Below, in pieces: positions 38,185 through 48,279 of a DNA stretch of 64,000 nt. The position numbers and the translations under genes were made by a program. Below the pieces are notes generated by a model that was given only the letters and a program-made list of their open reading frames with translations, made no database searches and was not told the DNA's origin. Origin of the DNA: Amphiscolops sp. MND2022 (lineage: Eukaryota); assembly GCA_964187785.1 (NCBI GenBank), contig OZ076409.1, positions 80,230,001-80,294,000 of the forward strand, read 5' to 3'. How positions within the stretch are numbered: position 1 is the first letter of the stretch; each line of letters opens with the position of its first letter.

Positions 38185-40164
38185 ATGGCTTCTTTTTCAA
38201 TTTTTATTTGTTTAATTATTTGTCTTCAACTTGGTGTCGCAGTTGCTTACATCGGAGTTGAAAGCAAGTGTGACACAAACATCCAGCATTATCAGCCAAA
38301 AGATGGAGATATTATCTGCTCCAGAGTTTTGGGGCCACTTTACAACAGAAGTGTGCTTGACGAAGGCTCCGAGGTTGATGCAACTCTGAACCGTTTACCG
38401 GAAATAGCAGAACGTCTGCTCAACACTGCAGCTGAATCGTGCGACTTAGAGTTAGAAAGCTGTGTTGCGAAACTTCTGACGTACGGCTGCAGCATGAAAT
38501 ACAAAGTTTGTTTTCCTATAAACTCAGATGCTATTGGCAACGATAAAAGTTCTTACCCGGGATCTGACCCAAATGCTGGTGAGAGAAAGTACATGATAAC
38601 ACAGCCTTGTCGTAATTTCTGCGAGGACGTTCAAGATTGCGTTCAAAGGTACCCCGAAGTGCATGAAATTGTGAACTCAGTGGTAACTGATGAGCAAATG
38701 AAGATGCAGACTGATACTAAGTGCTATGACAATAAACAGCCACCCAGTGGAACTTCAAATCAGTATTGCAGGTACGGCCGGTCTGAGGGTGACCAGATAA
38801 TGCAGAGTCCAGACACTCTCTACAGTCACTGGGGCATCAGAAGATGTTGCAGCCCTTCAGGTACGAGGAACGAGTGCTGTAACCACGAGGACTTCGTGGA
38901 AGTCTCACCGGCCAAGAGTTGTGTGATGAAATGCGACAGCAAAGCTTTGTATAGCAACATCGAACAGGTGCTAGCGTTCAACTGGATCTTCATATGTGCC
39001 ACCATTTGTGCAGTATCGTCTGGAATCACTGTTTTAACTTACCTAGCCGATGTTTCCAGATTCGCCTACCCTGAAAAACCCATCATTTGTCATTCTGTCT
39101 GCTGCTTGTTTTACGCCCTGGGTCATTTCTTCAGAATACTCACAGGTGTAGACGGCGTTGCTTGTACCCAATCAAAACTTGGACGGGTTTACCTACAGGA
39201 AGGGTTAGATGGTGAATTCATCTGTACGATGTCGTTTTTGGTAATATATTATGCACAAATGGCCCTCCATATTTGGTGGGTGGTTTTGGCTGTTTCCTGG
39301 TACCTCACAGCTGCCAGAGGATGGTCCCAAGAAGCGCTGGAATCAATCAGCATCTGGTTCCATGTCGCAGCATGGGGTCTTGCATCGGTGCCTTCCGTAA
39401 TAGTGCTGGCAACTAAACGGTTCGAAGGTGACCCTCTCACAGGACTTTGTACAGTTGGATCTCAAACCCCAATCAATTTACTTTACTTCATCTTGATACC
39501 AGTTTCATTATGTGCCATGTTTGGCATTTTGCTCATAAGTTACGGATTCATCTCCGTATTCAAAGTTAGAAAGCGACTGAGAACCACAAAAATAGACTCG
39601 AACTTATCTGGTGTTGACACCAAACGTTTTGACAAGTTAATGATTCGCATGTCAGTTTTCACAATTTCCTATATCGTGCCCACTGTGGTGTATTTAGTTC
39701 TAACCACGTATGAGTATGTCGAAATACCCAAATGGTACAAGTCTCTCAACACTGGAATGTCTTCTTATCAAGCAGCAGCGTCTTTGGCCACGCCGTCACA
39801 AGGAAATTCGCCCGAAATTTACATGTTACTCATCAAAATATTTTCTCCATTTGTGCTTTGCATTGGCACCTGTTTTTGGATCCTCAACTGCAAGACTTTC
39901 AAGCTGTGGTCCAGTGTAGTGTTCCGGTGTTGCCAGAGCCCTCAGAGTTACAGCAAAAACGGGCAACCTATGACTCATCCCACAAATGCGAGCCAGCCCC
40001 ACCTGCTGAACCAGGGCAACAACTATCACCCCCAGAACACACAACCTGTCACCCCAAGTCCCATGCAACCCAAAGCCAAGAAGGCACAACAACCGTTGCT
40101 GAACTCTTACATGAATGGTGCTCACCCAATCGCAGCTACAAGGTACAACATGGGAGAAGTGTAA
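38185..40164 (+). CDS. fzd: Frizzled-family (class F GPCR) Wnt receptor, 659 aa, intronless ORF
   Basis: Signal peptide, cysteine-rich domain (PCRNFCE..C) and seven hydrophobic helices. Family motifs RFAYPEKPI, WWVVL..SW, AWG, GDPLTGLC, KLMIR. Dishevelled-binding KTxxxW (KTFKLW). The subfamily cannot be assigned by eye. Confidence 0.95.
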   Translation: MASFSIFICLIICLQLGVAVAYIGVESKCDTNIQHYQPKDGDIICSRVLGPLYNRSVLDEGSEVDATLNRLPEIAERLLNTAAESCDLELESCVAKLLTYGCSMKYKVCFPINSDAIGNDKSSYPGSDPNAGERKYMITQPCRNFCEDVQDCVQRYPEVHEIVNSVVTDEQMKMQTDTKCYDNKQPPSGTSNQYCRYGRSEGDQIMQSPDTLYSHWGIRRCCSPSGTRNECCNHEDFVEVSPAKSCVMKCDSKALYSNIEQVLAFNWIFICATICAVSSGITVLTYLADVSRFAYPEKPIICHSVCCLFYALGHFFRILTGVDGVACTQSKLGRVYLQEGLDGEFICTMSFLVIYYAQMALHIWWVVLAVSWYLTAARGWSQEALESISIWFHVAAWGLASVPSVIVLATKRFEGDPLTGLCTVGSQTPINLLYFILIPVSLCAMFGILLISYGFISVFKVRKRLRTTKIDSNLSGVDTKRFDKLMIRMSVFTISYIVPTVVYLVLTTYEYVEIPKWYKSLNTGMSSYQAAASLATPSQGNSPEIYMLLIKIFSPFVLCIGTCFWILNCKTFKLWSSVVFRCCQSPQSYSKNGQPMTHPTNASQPHLLNQGNNYHPQNTQPVTPSPMQPKAKKAQQPLLNSYMNGAHPIAATRYNMGEV

Positions 40165-42994
40165 GATATATATTGTTGATGTATATTACAAGACTAGAAC
40201 AAGTAATTATTACACTGTTAAACTGTAGCCTACAGGGAGGAAGATTTCAGAGAGGGTGTCTTGTGATGTTGGGTACCTGGACTGATTTGGGACTGCATCG
40301 ATAAAATGAAATGGCTTTATGACTTGACTTGAATAATCCTCTCTTCTCTTCCAAAGCAAGCGCCTGTTTAATCAATCAACCAGCAGTTCGAAATTAGACT
40401 TTCATGTCTCAAAGACAGACTCGAAGGTTGTGTTTTGATCTGACACGATGATCATCTTCAAACTCTTTTCCAAAGAACTTAACTTCAAACCGCCACCGCG
40501 CCGCAACCGCAAATTTAATTTGCTAATTTTCAACACATCAATTCATTTAATAATTGATGATGCTACTGATGATGATGATGATGATGAATCAAAAACATTG
40601 TTCACTGATTTCCTCAATCAGTCGAAGCGATCTTTCATCTTATAATTGGTGTGAAAGCTTTAATAGAAACTGCCAATTGCTCTTCATAATTGGTTTTTGC
40701 TATTCTTTTCTAGATAGATTTTATTTCAATAAATTTCTCAAACCACAACGCTTTTCATCTGCGAAACAAACTATAGTTCATGAGTAAGTTAGACGGATTA
40801 CTTGAACACGAATGCCTTGTGAATTAACGTAAGTTTAAATTCTACGCAAACAATTCTTTCGAAAGAATCGGGCCTGCATCATGTCAAGGAACTGTTTCAA
40901 GAAAATTCTCAGTCTCGCAGTGCCGAAAATAATGTATAGGGAGGACCCTTTGTGCTTGGAAAAGCCTTTTTCGAACTGCAAAAAGTTTAAAAGACTAAAG
41001 GAACTTCTTGATAGCGAAAAGGAAACAAAAAAGTAGCAGAGTGCCGCAAAAACCCACAGAAAGCTTTGTATTTCAAACCGAAAAGTCAAAAAATGAAAAA
41101 AAGGACATACTTTCGGCCTTCTTTAGGTTTCTTTTCAGAAAGCGCCGACTAAATATTAGAGTACTTTTCCAAAAAGGTGAATAATTTCACTGAACAGAGT
41201 AGCTAAGCGAACCACTCAACTCATACATATCCAAAAATAAAAAGAAAATTCCCGGCCCCACAACCTCTGCCTGGTTTTCTCTGACAGATGAGAACATAAA
41301 AAATTTGTCAGTTCGCGTTTGTGTTGAAAACACCGCAGCTATAGTTGGGTCTTACAAAGAGCGCCGATTAGAATGACATCGAAATACACTAGATGTTCAA
41401 GCGACCAAATGATGATTTTCAAATCAAACCAAGGAAGGCCATTTGGATACGAGCTTTCATTTAGCCGATTCATATGCTGAAATCTGCAATAGAAAAACAA
41501 AACATCCTGGAACTATCTAAACAAGCTCCACATATGGTTTTCATGCAGAAAACTTCATTGTGACAAAAAATTTGAACTTTTCACTTCCTGAACGTCATAC
41601 TATACAGGTTAATACACTGGACGTTTCGACTCAAGAAAGGCTTTTCCATTTATAATTATTAATAAATTAGAACAACGCATAGAAGACCGTCCGGGTTTTT
41701 ACTCCTGCTGCCCTTCGACTTGAGTTTTTTGGAAAAGAATCAGGTAACCGTTTGCTTTCTTTTTCATCTCATCTGTTATCCGGAGGTTTTCACAAAGTGT
41801 CTCAAACCAACCAACGGCGAGGCTAGTTGACCGCTCGAAGTTCTAACATATGGGTTTGTTGAGTAATTCCGTGATAAAGAGCTTCACACTGATGTGAATT
41901 AACCTTCTGATTGAGCTCATTTTTTGCAGCGGTACCTTTTGAAGACGAAAGTCGTTTCATCCGTGGCCTGCGTTATTTAGGCGCAAAAATTTTATATCTT
42001 AAATCCGCAACAACGAAGTTTTTTGATGGGTTCTTTCAATGTTTTCAATCTCTACTTGGTTCGTAAAATCATTTATAACAAAAATCGTTCATTGACTTTA
42101 ACTCTCAGGATAATAGTGACAATCATTAGACTACTGGGGGCATCCGAGTTGAATCATTCGAACTTCAGCTGAAATGCTGTACAAACTGACATTCAAACCT
42201 TTTGTGTATCGCTTAACAATCCAGTCATCAACAACCCGACTATCCGCATGTATTATTTTTCGAATAACCTAAGTGTGCATTGCATCACTGTGTATATAGC
42301 AAATTCAGCAAAGACTGTGGTGAAAACCGTTCCTAATCTTGCGTTCTAACTAGCGTTAAAAGAGAAAAAAGCTTACGCGATGCGTCAGCAGGTGCAAGAC
42401 GCAGTTCTTACCAAGCGGTGCTCTCGTTGGGTTACCAACGTTGCCGTTAATTATTTAGGTCACGTGACTAAAAACTACCATGGTCGCAAGAGGGCTACAG
42501 TTTCTAAGTGCGCGCCAAAATTATATTTAAATCAATTTACATGGATAGAGAATGGAAATAGGACAAAAAATAATTAACGATATAAAACTGACAATTTACT
42601 AATAACCGGTACGCGAAATATAGAAGTTCGAATAAACGACGCGAAATTGATGAATGGCCATGAGCGAAAACTTGAGGTTAGAATAGCACCGGGTGATCGA
42701 TGTAAAATCGATGAATTGCTGTGAGCCGGATAGTGAGCGGGTAGAGAAATGAAATTCATTGTTTAGACATCGTTTCCACTAGTTATGCATGTAACAGTAA
42801 ATGCTCAATAAATAGATGCGAAAACGATGATTCAAATTCATTGTCCTGTCATTCTATATTTCCATCCATCATGTTGGCATGACAGAAGAATAACTTTTAT
42901 TATTTTCCGCCCATATTTCATATATGGGAAAAGAAAATATTTAAATCAAACGGTTTTTTTTACAAAATTTGCCAAGAATTTATTTATGTTCAAC

Positions 42995-43908
42995 AGTAGT
43001 AATCGAATTCCCGTTCCTAATATATAACAAGCCGGGAACGGCCCAAGTCGGCGCCATATCTAAGGCTCAAAAATAACAAAAGGACTTCAAAGTGTCAAGT
43101 ATTCTCTTCTACAGTACCCGTTTGAGGAAAAATTGAAAAAAAAATTCCGATTTTTTTTGAAATTTTTTAAATTTTTTTGGTCTCCCGTAAGTCGCATAGT
43201 GCCAAAACATGTAAAATGGGGCCCTTTGGAAGTTTTTTAACATCCATTCTTTTGCAAAATAGACAAAAAAATGAAGGGTGGACCATTTGGAGATATTTGC
43301 GAAAAAAGTCTCACAAAGCCGAAAAAACAAATTTGCACAAAAAAAATTTGGTCATGGCGGGACTCGAACCCATGTCATTCTGCTCGTCAGACCTCGAAAA
43401 AGTCGTAGTGGCCAAGTGGCAGTGAAGTAGCGTGACACAGTTTAGTGTTCGCGCCGGTTTAGTACCAACTTATAAAAATTATAAAATCTGTCAGTTCGTT
43501 GGTCTTAAAAAAAAAAAAGAAGTCACTACTATAGTCTGCGTTTTTCTTCGAAAAGCGCCGACTAAAAAAGAAGTCACTACTATAGTCTGCGTTTTTCTTC
43601 GAAAAGCGCCGACTAAAAACCCTAAATTTAAGCATTTTTTCCAAAAAAAAACGATAAAATTGGTGTTTTTTCACTATTAAAAAATAAAAAAATTTAAGCT
43701 CGTAAAATCATCAAAATTTAACCTTTTTTCAAGGCAAATCATCGAAAACTAGCCTTTTTTCACAATTAAAAAATTAACCGTTCCTTATATATAAGAAAAA
43801 TTTGAGTTCATAAAACCATTAAAAAATTAATCTTTTTTCACAAAATACCAATCAAACCATCTAAAAATCAGCCTTTTTTCACAACTGAAAAATTAACAAA
43901 ATAAAAAT
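42995..43908 (+). repeat. Left TIR of the Polinton (interrupted at 43026-43614)
   Basis: 42995-43025 plus 43615-43908 is the reverse complement of ~59452-59772, with scattered mismatches. Confidence 0.93.
43026..43614 (-). mobile_element. Non-autonomous Helentron-associated (HINE/DINE-1-like) element inserted in the left TIR
   Basis: Absent from the right TIR. On the minus strand: T-run, subTIR AGTCGGCGC, partial IR AAAACGCAGACT, then subTIR GCGCCGACT, hairpin GCCG-TTCC-CGGC and TTGTT. Inserted in an A/T run with no TSD. Carries a 51-bp tandem duplication at one end. Confidence 0.8.
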
Positions 43909-43975
43909 TAATGAACAATTTTTTCCAATGGAAAATTCATTGACCAAGATATAATCATGGAAAAATAACTATTAA

Positions 43976-44371
43976 ATGAATTATTTATCATTCAAAGAAT
44001 TTATTAATAAATATGGATTAAAAAATGAAGCAACTTCCAATGTAGAAATAAAAGAAATCTTAAAACTCATGAACACATCTTGTAGAATATATATGAGAGA
44101 TGATAAATTTATAACCACCAGTGGTATAGTTAACTTACATCCAACTAAAGGAACACATTGGGTTATGTTTACAAACCAAAACTATTTCGATTCATATGGC
44201 TGTCCACCACCATTAAATATAACAAAACAAATTAATAATGGTATCTTTTCAGAATATCAAATCCAGAAAGACGACAGTTATTGTGCAGCTTATTGTTTGT
44301 ATGTGTTGTATCTCACAAATATAATTGGCTTCAAAAATGCAGTTTTAAATTTATACTACCAAAATTTATAA
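43976..44371 (+). CDS. Adenain-like cysteine maturation protease
   Basis: GTHWV (His), YFDSYG (Asp), QIQ...YCAAYCL (Gln oxyanion and Cys). Confidence 0.9.
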   Translation: MNYLSFKEFINKYGLKNEATSNVEIKEILKLMNTSCRIYMRDDKFITTSGIVNLHPTKGTHWVMFTNQNYFDSYGCPPPLNITKQINNGIFSEYQIQKDDSYCAAYCLYVLYLTNIIGFKNAVLNLYYQNL

Positions 44372-44378
44372 TTCCTAA

Positions 44379-44582
44379 ATGAAGAAAATTAATAATTATT
44401 CAGCTCAATTTAAAATTATTCAAAAACCAATGAATACCAATATGCAAAGCCAGCGAAGCTGTGAGAATCAATTTGATGAGAAAATAATACAAAAAAATAA
44501 TCAAAAAAAGAAGTTATCAAAACAAAACCAAGAATTCATAAATAAGATATCCGCAAGTGGATTTAAACAATTTTTCTCCTAA
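44379..44582 (+). CDS. Small basic hypothetical Polinton protein
   Basis: The ORF fills the gap between two genes and begins with the shared TAAATG motif. Confidence 0.5.
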   Translation: MKKINNYSAQFKIIQKPMNTNMQSQRSCENQFDEKIIQKNNQKKKLSKQNQEFINKISASGFKQFFS

Positions 44583-44585
44583 TAA

Positions 44586-45634
44586 ATGGATCTATCAAAT
44601 TTTGTAACCTATGATAAAAAAGAATCTCTTTTATTGAGTATTGCAAAATCTAATTTGGATATTGTTGAAAATACCTTATCCAAACCACAAGAAACTTTAG
44701 AATTTAAAATGAATAAACAAAAAGAATCTTTTCATTTGATATTCCACTAGACTTACCAGAACAATGGATGATGGGAGTAACAAGTTTAGAAGTATACAAC
44801 ACTGTATATAACATTACTGAGAAGAACAATAAATTTAAACTTCTTTATACAGAAAAAATGTTGAAAGAAATTAATGTTGACACTCAATTAGTAACAAATG
44901 TTGAGTATTTATATAAAACCTCTGGTGATATAGAAAAAATTAAAAAACTTATAGATAATGATAATGCTGAAATTAAGACTATTACTAAAACAGATTATGA
45001 TTATTTGATGAAAATAATTGATCAAATTAATCAGAATACCGAAGGTGCTTTGCACATTAAAGATAAACCAATTGTTATTTCTGGAATAGGATCTGTAACT
45101 GATTCCATTGAAATAGAACTACCACCAGGAGCATATGAATTAGTTGATATAAATAATGCCATCCAGCAAAAACTTATTGATTGTTGTATTTTTATACCTG
45201 GTGATAGTCCTACATTTAAACTCAACATAGAAGCAGATACAATATCAATGAAATCAGTTTTAACAACTGCCAGTGGTATATATTTTAATTCAGAATTAAA
45301 TAAACGTTTAGGGTTTACAAACAAGGAATATCCAGCAGGAACTCATATATCAGAAAAACCAGTTATGATAACAACGACAGACAAAGTTCATCTTAAGTGT
45401 GATTGTGTAGATGGTTCAATTGTTAATGGTATACGAGAACAAATTTTATTTTCATTTAATCTTAGTGCTCCTCCCGGATATAAAATTATAAAAGAACCCA
45501 ATATTATTTTGTATAAAAAAATAAACAAAACAAGGTTAGGTAGTATTCAATTTTTCCATGATGATAACAATCATAACCCAGTTGATTTCAACTCCCAAAC
45601 ATTAACCATTACAATTCAAATCATCAAGATTTAA
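44586..45634 (+). pseudogene. Minor capsid (penton-like) protein, 1-nt frameshift near 44730
   Basis: MDLSNF...KESF from 44586 joins FDIPLDLPEQWMMGVTSLEV if one T is restored in TCTTTTCATTT. The C-terminal HLKCDCVDGSIVNG...YKKIN...PVDFN is typical of Polinton minor capsids. Confidence 0.75.
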
Positions 45635-45643
45635 TTCTATTAA

Positions 45644-46045
45644 ATGAGCTTTAGTAAATTTAAAAATAATTCATATTGTGTCGGTGGAAAACATTATTCC
45701 GCTACCACAAATATTCGTGGAGATATTACTCAAAATAAAAAAACAGGAGCACCTGTTAAATTATTAAGAGGTACTTGTTCAACTTGTAAAAGAAATAAAT
45801 CACTTATAGTATCTGATCAAACAATTCAAGCAGAAGGATTGGGTAATTTTTTTGAACATTTGGGCTCGGCAGCTAAGAATGTCGGAAAGAAAATACTCAA
45901 TAACCCAGGCCGTGCATTGGAAATAGCAGCAAATATTGGAACTGCAGCAGCAAGTAAAAATCCGCGAATGATAGCCGCAACTGCTCCTGATATTATAAAA
46001 TTTGTTCATCAAGGAAAAGGCCTGTACTTGGGTAAAATTCATTGA
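45644..46045 (+). CDS. Putative virion core protein (Zn-ribbon-like N-terminus plus amphipathic helix)
   Basis: YCVGGKH...GTCSTC, then QAEG-LGNFFEHLGSAAKNVGKKIL, and a C-terminal QGKGLY. Function is inferred. Confidence 0.6.
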   Translation: MSFSKFKNNSYCVGGKHYSATTNIRGDITQNKKTGAPVKLLRGTCSTCKRNKSLIVSDQTIQAEGLGNFFEHLGSAAKNVGKKILNNPGRALEIAANIGTAAASKNPRMIAATAPDIIKFVHQGKGLYLGKIH

Positions 46046-46094
46046 TTTACAGCCGAGCTGTAAATTAAATATTATTTTTTTTGAATAATAAATT

Positions 46095-47062
46095 ATGTAT
46101 TCAATTCATAATCGAGATGATTTAGAAAAATTAAAAATATTGCAAGAATCAAAATCTTCAATAAAAGCTGAAAGATTAAAAGAGAAATTAGGGAAGCAAG
46201 ACTTTCATTACGATATGGAAGAAGTTTTTGAACCTGTTACGGAAAATCATAAAAAAAGTCAAAACCAAACCAAGCTAGAATCTGAAAAACAATTACAAGC
46301 GTTACGTGATTCTACTCAAACTACAACACAAGCAATACGAGAATCGAGTAACGCTTTGAATAAAAATTTACAAAAATCGATTAAAGAATATGATGAAATT
46401 ACTTACCGTAATAATCAACTTGTTACAGATCTTGTGAATTCCAACCAAGTTGATTCTACTATAATCAAGACAGTTTCTAATTTGCTTAATGACAAAAACA
46501 AAAGTCAATTTAGTTTAGAACCTGTTACGCAAAGCGCCTTCGGTGAAGGTAATCCAAATTTATTCACAATTAACCCTACTAATCCCCAACAAGTATTAAT
46601 TAAAGGTTCAACAACAACTTTCTAGAATGGTAACACATACAATTTAAATGATCCCGATCTTCAATATTTTATAACTAATGCACAGCTAGACACGCAACCA
46701 CAAAAGGTGAATCTAATTTATTCTTTTTTAAATGATATGAAATATAATATAAATTATGGAGATAAAAAATCAAAGAGATATTATTTCATTAAAGATTTAA
46801 TTAATCAATACATATATCAACATATTCCTTATCAACTATCCCAATTAGGAAGTGGATTTAATCAGTATGTCTTCCTTCCATCGGATCCTGATGAGCTTGT
46901 AGATCACTCTATTTTGAAAAAGTAGGAGGAAATCATAATCCTATGCTTAGTGAACAAATCATAGCAATTGCAGATAAACTTTTACAATACCAATGTATTA
47001 CAACAAATCAACATCAAAACCTTATAAGCACTTTTACTAAAAAGGATCAGTTTGTGGATTAA
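46095..47062 (+). pseudogene. Polinton coiled-coil protein with GSG..FLPSDPDELVD motif, disrupted
   Basis: An in-frame TAG at 46623 reads on into ORF 46707-46925. A frameshift near 46908 continues as LYFEKVGGN..EQIIAIADKLL to a TAA at 47062. Confidence 0.6.
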
Positions 47063-48008
47063 ATATCTGGTATTGTAGATTGGATTCATTACATATCATA
47101 TACTTACTCCCATTTTTATCTTCTAACCTATTTATTAATAAATAATTATACGGATCCCGCCATGCTTCTCTGCATAAACTTTTAAATTCATCATTAGACA
47201 TATCAAAACCAGCAATATCTCTATAAATGTGTTCAACATCTTTCAATGTTTGTTGAAATAAAATTATAATATTACTATTGTTTCTAATTGTTCTTTTAGG
47301 TAAATCAAAATATGACTGTGATAAATAATAAACATCCAGATCATTATGTCTTCCCCTAGTAAAAAATGGATCTATTAATTTCTGATTGGAGTCTAACATA
47401 TCATCAAATACAACACAACAATTTTGAAAATCTTGAATACTTTTATCACCTAAATCTTCTTCCACTGAAACATCTTCTATTTCAATTTTATTGTATTGTT
47501 CCAGACTCCTCGTAATGATACATATCTTTTGTTCAGGATTATCTAAACGAATTAATTGTAATTTGTTTAATAACAAATGGGTCTTACCACAAAATGATGG
47601 ACCAACTATCAATGTTCGATTACAGCTTTGCTGGCCTCCGGTGAACATAATATTATCATTATTATCAGTATCATCATTTGTAATAATATTATTTGTATAC
47701 TTATTATTATCATGATTTTCATTATGATTTATAATTTCATTATTTGTATTATCATGATTGATATTACATCTTTTTAAATGTTTTGATAAATAAGTTTTAT
47801 TTAATTCTTTATTACAGAATTCACATTTTACTTTTTTATTGAAACATTCTATACATGTACTATACAATTTACCATTTCTATATTTGTACCAATTTATATT
47901 CATACCATTTGTTGTTTTCAGTATATTACACACTTTACATCTTTTTTTATTCTCGCAATCGGAGCAGACAGATTTTTCATTACTTTTTCCACAAATTAAA
48001 CACTTCAT
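47037..48008 (-). CDS. A32/FtsK-HerA-like packaging ATPase with N-terminal zinc fingers
   Basis: Walker A GPSFCGKT, Walker B VVFDD, RGRH, YLSQ, IRNN. The N-terminus has five CxxC pairs, including CEFC..HLKRC. Confidence 0.92.
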   Translation of the reverse strand: MKCLICGKSNEKSVCSDCENKKRCKVCNILKTTNGMNINWYKYRNGKLYSTCIECFNKKVKCEFCNKELNKTYLSKHLKRCNINHDNTNNEIINHNENHDNNKYTNNIITNDDTDNNDNIMFTGGQQSCNRTLIVGPSFCGKTHLLLNKLQLIRLDNPEQKICIITRSLEQYNKIEIEDVSVEEDLGDKSIQDFQNCCVVFDDMLDSNQKLIDPFFTRGRHNDLDVYYLSQSYFDLPKRTIRNNSNIIILFQQTLKDVEHIYRDIAGFDMSNDEFKSLCREAWRDPYNYLLINRLEDKNGSKYMICNESNLQYQIFNPQTDPF

Positions 48009-48012
48009 TTAT

Positions 48013-48134
48013 TTAGTAAAAAATCACTAAATCACTAAGCAAATTCACTAAGAGCATGATGTTTTAAGTGTAACCTTATTTGCTTAGTGAAAAATATATG
48101 CTCTTAGTGAATTTGCTTAGTGATTTTTTACTAA
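48013..48134. repeat. Long palindrome built from TCACTAA(G) units
   Basis: AATCACTAAGCAAATTCACTAAGAGCAT ... ATGCTCTTAGTGAATTTGCTTAGTGATT (28-bp perfect arms), extended by TTAGTAAAAAATCACTAA / TTAGTGATTTTTTACTAA. Confidence 0.9.
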
Positions 48135-48279
48135 GAAATCAGACCCATTTTTTAATTACTTTTACTAGACCTGATTGCTTGATCAATTATAATTTTCTTA
48201 AATTCCTCTTTAAGTTGATCTGAAATTAATGGTTGTTGCATGCGTTCAACGTAGTTGTCTATTTTAGATTCATTCACTT

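Noticed and set aside
38185..40164. Smoothened as an alternative identity
   Set aside because: RFxYPExPI and an intact KTxxxW with a short tail point to Frizzled.
39710..40304. Overlapping alternative-frame ORFs at the Frizzled 3' end
   Set aside because: They are shadow frames of a coding region, with no independent support.
40555..40587. (GAT)n tract giving poly-Asp/poly-Met ORFs
   Set aside because: An ordinary microsatellite in the probable Frizzled 3' UTR.
43350..43425. tRNA-like boxes (GGACTCGAACC; TGGCCAAGTGG), also at ~17725, ~30835 and ~63210
   Set aside because: The B-box-like and A-box-like motifs face opposite directions and no cloverleaf forms. They are part of a dispersed repeat.
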